A stretch of 64,000 bases of DNA from an uncultured virus (IMG/VR IMGVR_UViG_3300028577_000011) (lineage: Duplodnaviria > Heunggongvirae > Uroviricota > Caudoviricetes): IMG/VR virus record IMGVR_UViG_3300028577_000011. One strand, given 5' to 3'. The notes below the pieces were generated by a model. That model saw only the letters and a list, made by a program, of their open reading frames with translations, had not been told where the DNA came from and ran no database searches. The stretch's first letter is position 1, and each line of letters begins with the position of its first letter. Below are positions 62,229 through 64,000 of this stretch, piece after piece. A program made the translations under genes and the position numbers.

Positions 62229-64000
62229 ATGTCACGCGTTCCGAAGAAGTTTGTTGGTCTACACGCTCATACAGGGTTTAGTCCCTTCGATGGACTTGGG
62301 TATCCGGATGAACACTTCATCTGGTGCATGGAAAACGGTTTGGACGCGCATACTATCACGGACCATGGTAACTGCTCTGCTTATGCGCATGCCATGCTCT
62401 GGGCAGAAAAGTGGAACACTGAGCACAAAGACAAGCCCTTCAAGTATATTCCCGGCGTCGAGGCGTACTTTCATCCCGATTTGGCGCAATGGTCTCGAGA
62501 TAAGGCCGCCGCTGATCAAGCCACCATCGACAAGGCCGCCGCCAAGAAGCTACGCACCAAGCTCGAGATCCTGCAGACCAAGCTCGTCGTCAATACTGAC
62601 GGCGATGACGAGTCGGAGTCAATTGAAGTCTCCAACGCCCTCACGCTTGAGGACGAGTCAGAATCGAAGAGCACCAAGCACTTCAATCCTGTCAATCGTC
62701 GGCATCACCTCGTGCTACTACCCAAGAACCCTGCTGGTCTACTGAAGATCTTCGGTCTGGTGTCGCAGAGCTATTTGACCGGATTTTACCGTTTCCCGAG
62801 GCTTGATGCCAAGATGCTGCGGGAAGCCTGTAAGGAAGGCAACATCATTGCCTCGTCTGCCTGCATTGCGGGTCAGCCTGCATACAGCGTCTTTCAAGAG
62901 GTGCAGAAGCTGAAGTTCGACGACCTAAACCAGGCGTTGCTCGACGATCCTACCACACTGGAGAAGTGCATCACTGGTGTCGGTAACACTTACGACCTGA
63001 TGACGTCGGTGCTGGGCGAAGGCAATTACTACCTCGAATTGCAGTTCAATAAACTACCCGCACAGAACCTCGTCAATCGAGCCATCATCGAGTTCGCTCG
63101 CCGAGCAGGCGTCACCAAGCAACTTATCGTCACCGCCGACTCCCACTATCCACGGCCAGAGCTGTGGAAAGAGCGCGAGCTGTACAAGAAGCTCGGCTGG
63201 ATGAATGCGAAGGGAATCGACGCCGATTCGCTGCCCAAGTCGAGGGACGAGCTGAAGTGTGAGCTGTACCCGAAGAACGCATCGCAGGTGTGGGATGAGT
63301 ACCTGCGCTCGAAGGTGGGGACGTCGTTCTATGATGACGATCTCGTCGCTGATGCAATTGAACGCACTCACGACATCGCCCACCAAGTCATCGGCCCGGT
63401 GCCGCCCGATCGGTCACCCAAGTTTCCGAATGAGCGGCTGATCCCGAAGGGCACCAAGTCGTTCGATCACCTCGTCAAACTGTGCAAGGAGGGCCTGACC
63501 AAGAGGGGATTGCAGGACAAGCCTGCCTACGTTGAGCGGTTGAAGGAGGAGCTGGGCGTCATCAAGGCGATGAAGAATGCCGACTATTTCGTGTCATACC
63601 AGAAAATCATGGAGTTGGCGCGAAAAGTGGTACTATGTGGGCCTGGGAGAGGCAGTGGTGGTGGAAGTCTCGTCGCCTACGTGCTCTACATCACTGACCT
63701 CGACCCGTTGAGGTGGGAGCTCCCATTTTCTCGCTTTCTCTCGATCTACAGGAAAGGTGCGCCGGACATCGACAGCGATCTCGCCGATCGCGACAAGGTG
63801 CTCGAGCAACTACGCAACTTCTTCGGCTTTGAGAACGTCGTCCCGATCAGCAACTACAACACCTTCAAGCTGAAGACGCTGGTCAAGGACATCGGCAAGT
63901 TCTACAGCGTGCCCTTCGAGGAGACCAATGCAGCAACAAGGACAGTGGAAGACGAAGTTCGCAAGGCAACGATGAAGGAAAGCGACGACAAGAACCTTTT
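62229..64000 (+). CDS. dnaE: DNA polymerase III alpha subunit (runs off window end; absent from the ORF track)
   Basis: Manual translation from ATG 62229 gives the PHP motif GLHAHTGFSPFDG and TDHGN; GPGRGSGGGSLVAYVLYITDLDP and PDIDSD (63762) are in the same frame. Confidence 0.93.
   Translation, partial: MSRVPKKFVGLHAHTGFSPFDGLGYPDEHFIWCMENGLDAHTITDHGNCSAYAHAMLWAEKWNTEHKDKPFKYIPGVEAYFHPDLAQWSRDKAAADQATIDKAAAKKLRTKLEILQTKLVVNTDGDDESESIEVSNALTLEDESESKSTKHFNPVNRRHHLVLLPKNPAGLLKIFGLVSQSYLTGFYRFPRLDAKMLREACKEGNIIASSACIAGQPAYSVFQEVQKLKFDDLNQALLDDPTTLEKCITGVGNTYDLMTSVLGEGNYYLELQFNKLPAQNLVNRAIIEFARRAGVTKQLIVTADSHYPRPELWKERELYKKLGWMNAKGIDADSLPKSRDELKCELYPKNASQVWDEYLRSKVGTSFYDDDLVADAIERTHDIAHQVIGPVPPDRSPKFPNERLIPKGTKSFDHLVKLCKEGLTKRGLQDKPAYVERLKEELGVIKAMKNADYFVSYQKIMELARKVVLCGPGRGSGGGSLVAYVLYITDLDPLRWELPFSRFLSIYRKGAPDIDSDLADRDKVLEQLRNFFGFENVVPISNYNTFKLKTLVKDIGKFYSVPFEETNAATRTVEDEVRKATMKESDDKNL

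Noticed and set aside
62092..62745. 217-aa ORF listed in the track
   Set aside because: It is an out-of-frame overlap of the real dnaE frame starting at 62229.
1..64000. Stop-codon reassignment
   Set aside because: Long genes are intact under the standard code, and TAA, TAG and TGA all end well-supported genes.
1..64000. CRISPR array, rRNA, integrase or transposase, reverse transcriptase
   Set aside because: No regularly spaced repeats or diagnostic motifs were seen by eye.

Overview
This window is a segment of a large, GC-rich myovirus (jumbo-phage-like) genome using the standard genetic code. About 1-24 kb is a contractile-tail module: two tandem sheath paralogues, tail tube, a tail-assembly chaperone with an apparent +1/-2 frameshift, tape measure, and baseplate genes. 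About 24-38 kb holds replication and recombination genes: a PolA-like polymerase domain, an HD hydrolase, gp32-like SSB, RecA, a 5'-3' exonuclease, a DnaB-like helicase and a class II RNR. About 38-62 kb is accessory: ThyX, Tmk, a dUTPase-like protein, three DNA methyltransferases, nucleotidyltransferases, a fatty-acid-hydroxylase-like protein, a phosphoesterase, an LD-carboxypeptidase and a UDP-glucuronate-decarboxylase-like enzyme. The window ends inside a DnaE gene that the ORF track omits. About ten free-standing endonucleases are interspersed. The main unexplained signals are: (i) two distant paralogues whose 3' 90 nt show a DGR-like adenine-mutagenesis pattern, with no RT or template repeat seen here; (ii) about 12 otherwise unrelated proteins sharing an N-terminal 'MK(L/T)(S/T)xxQLRxIIxE' leader, mostly behind a TA(C/G/T)TTA promoter motif; (iii) a TGAAC-N17-TAnnRT promoter class that often implies leaderless mRNAs; (iv) an atypical tRNA-Gly(ACC)-like element; (v) two equal-length inverted endonuclease paralogues bracketing the tail tube gene. 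All calls come from reading motifs by eye; no database searches were run.
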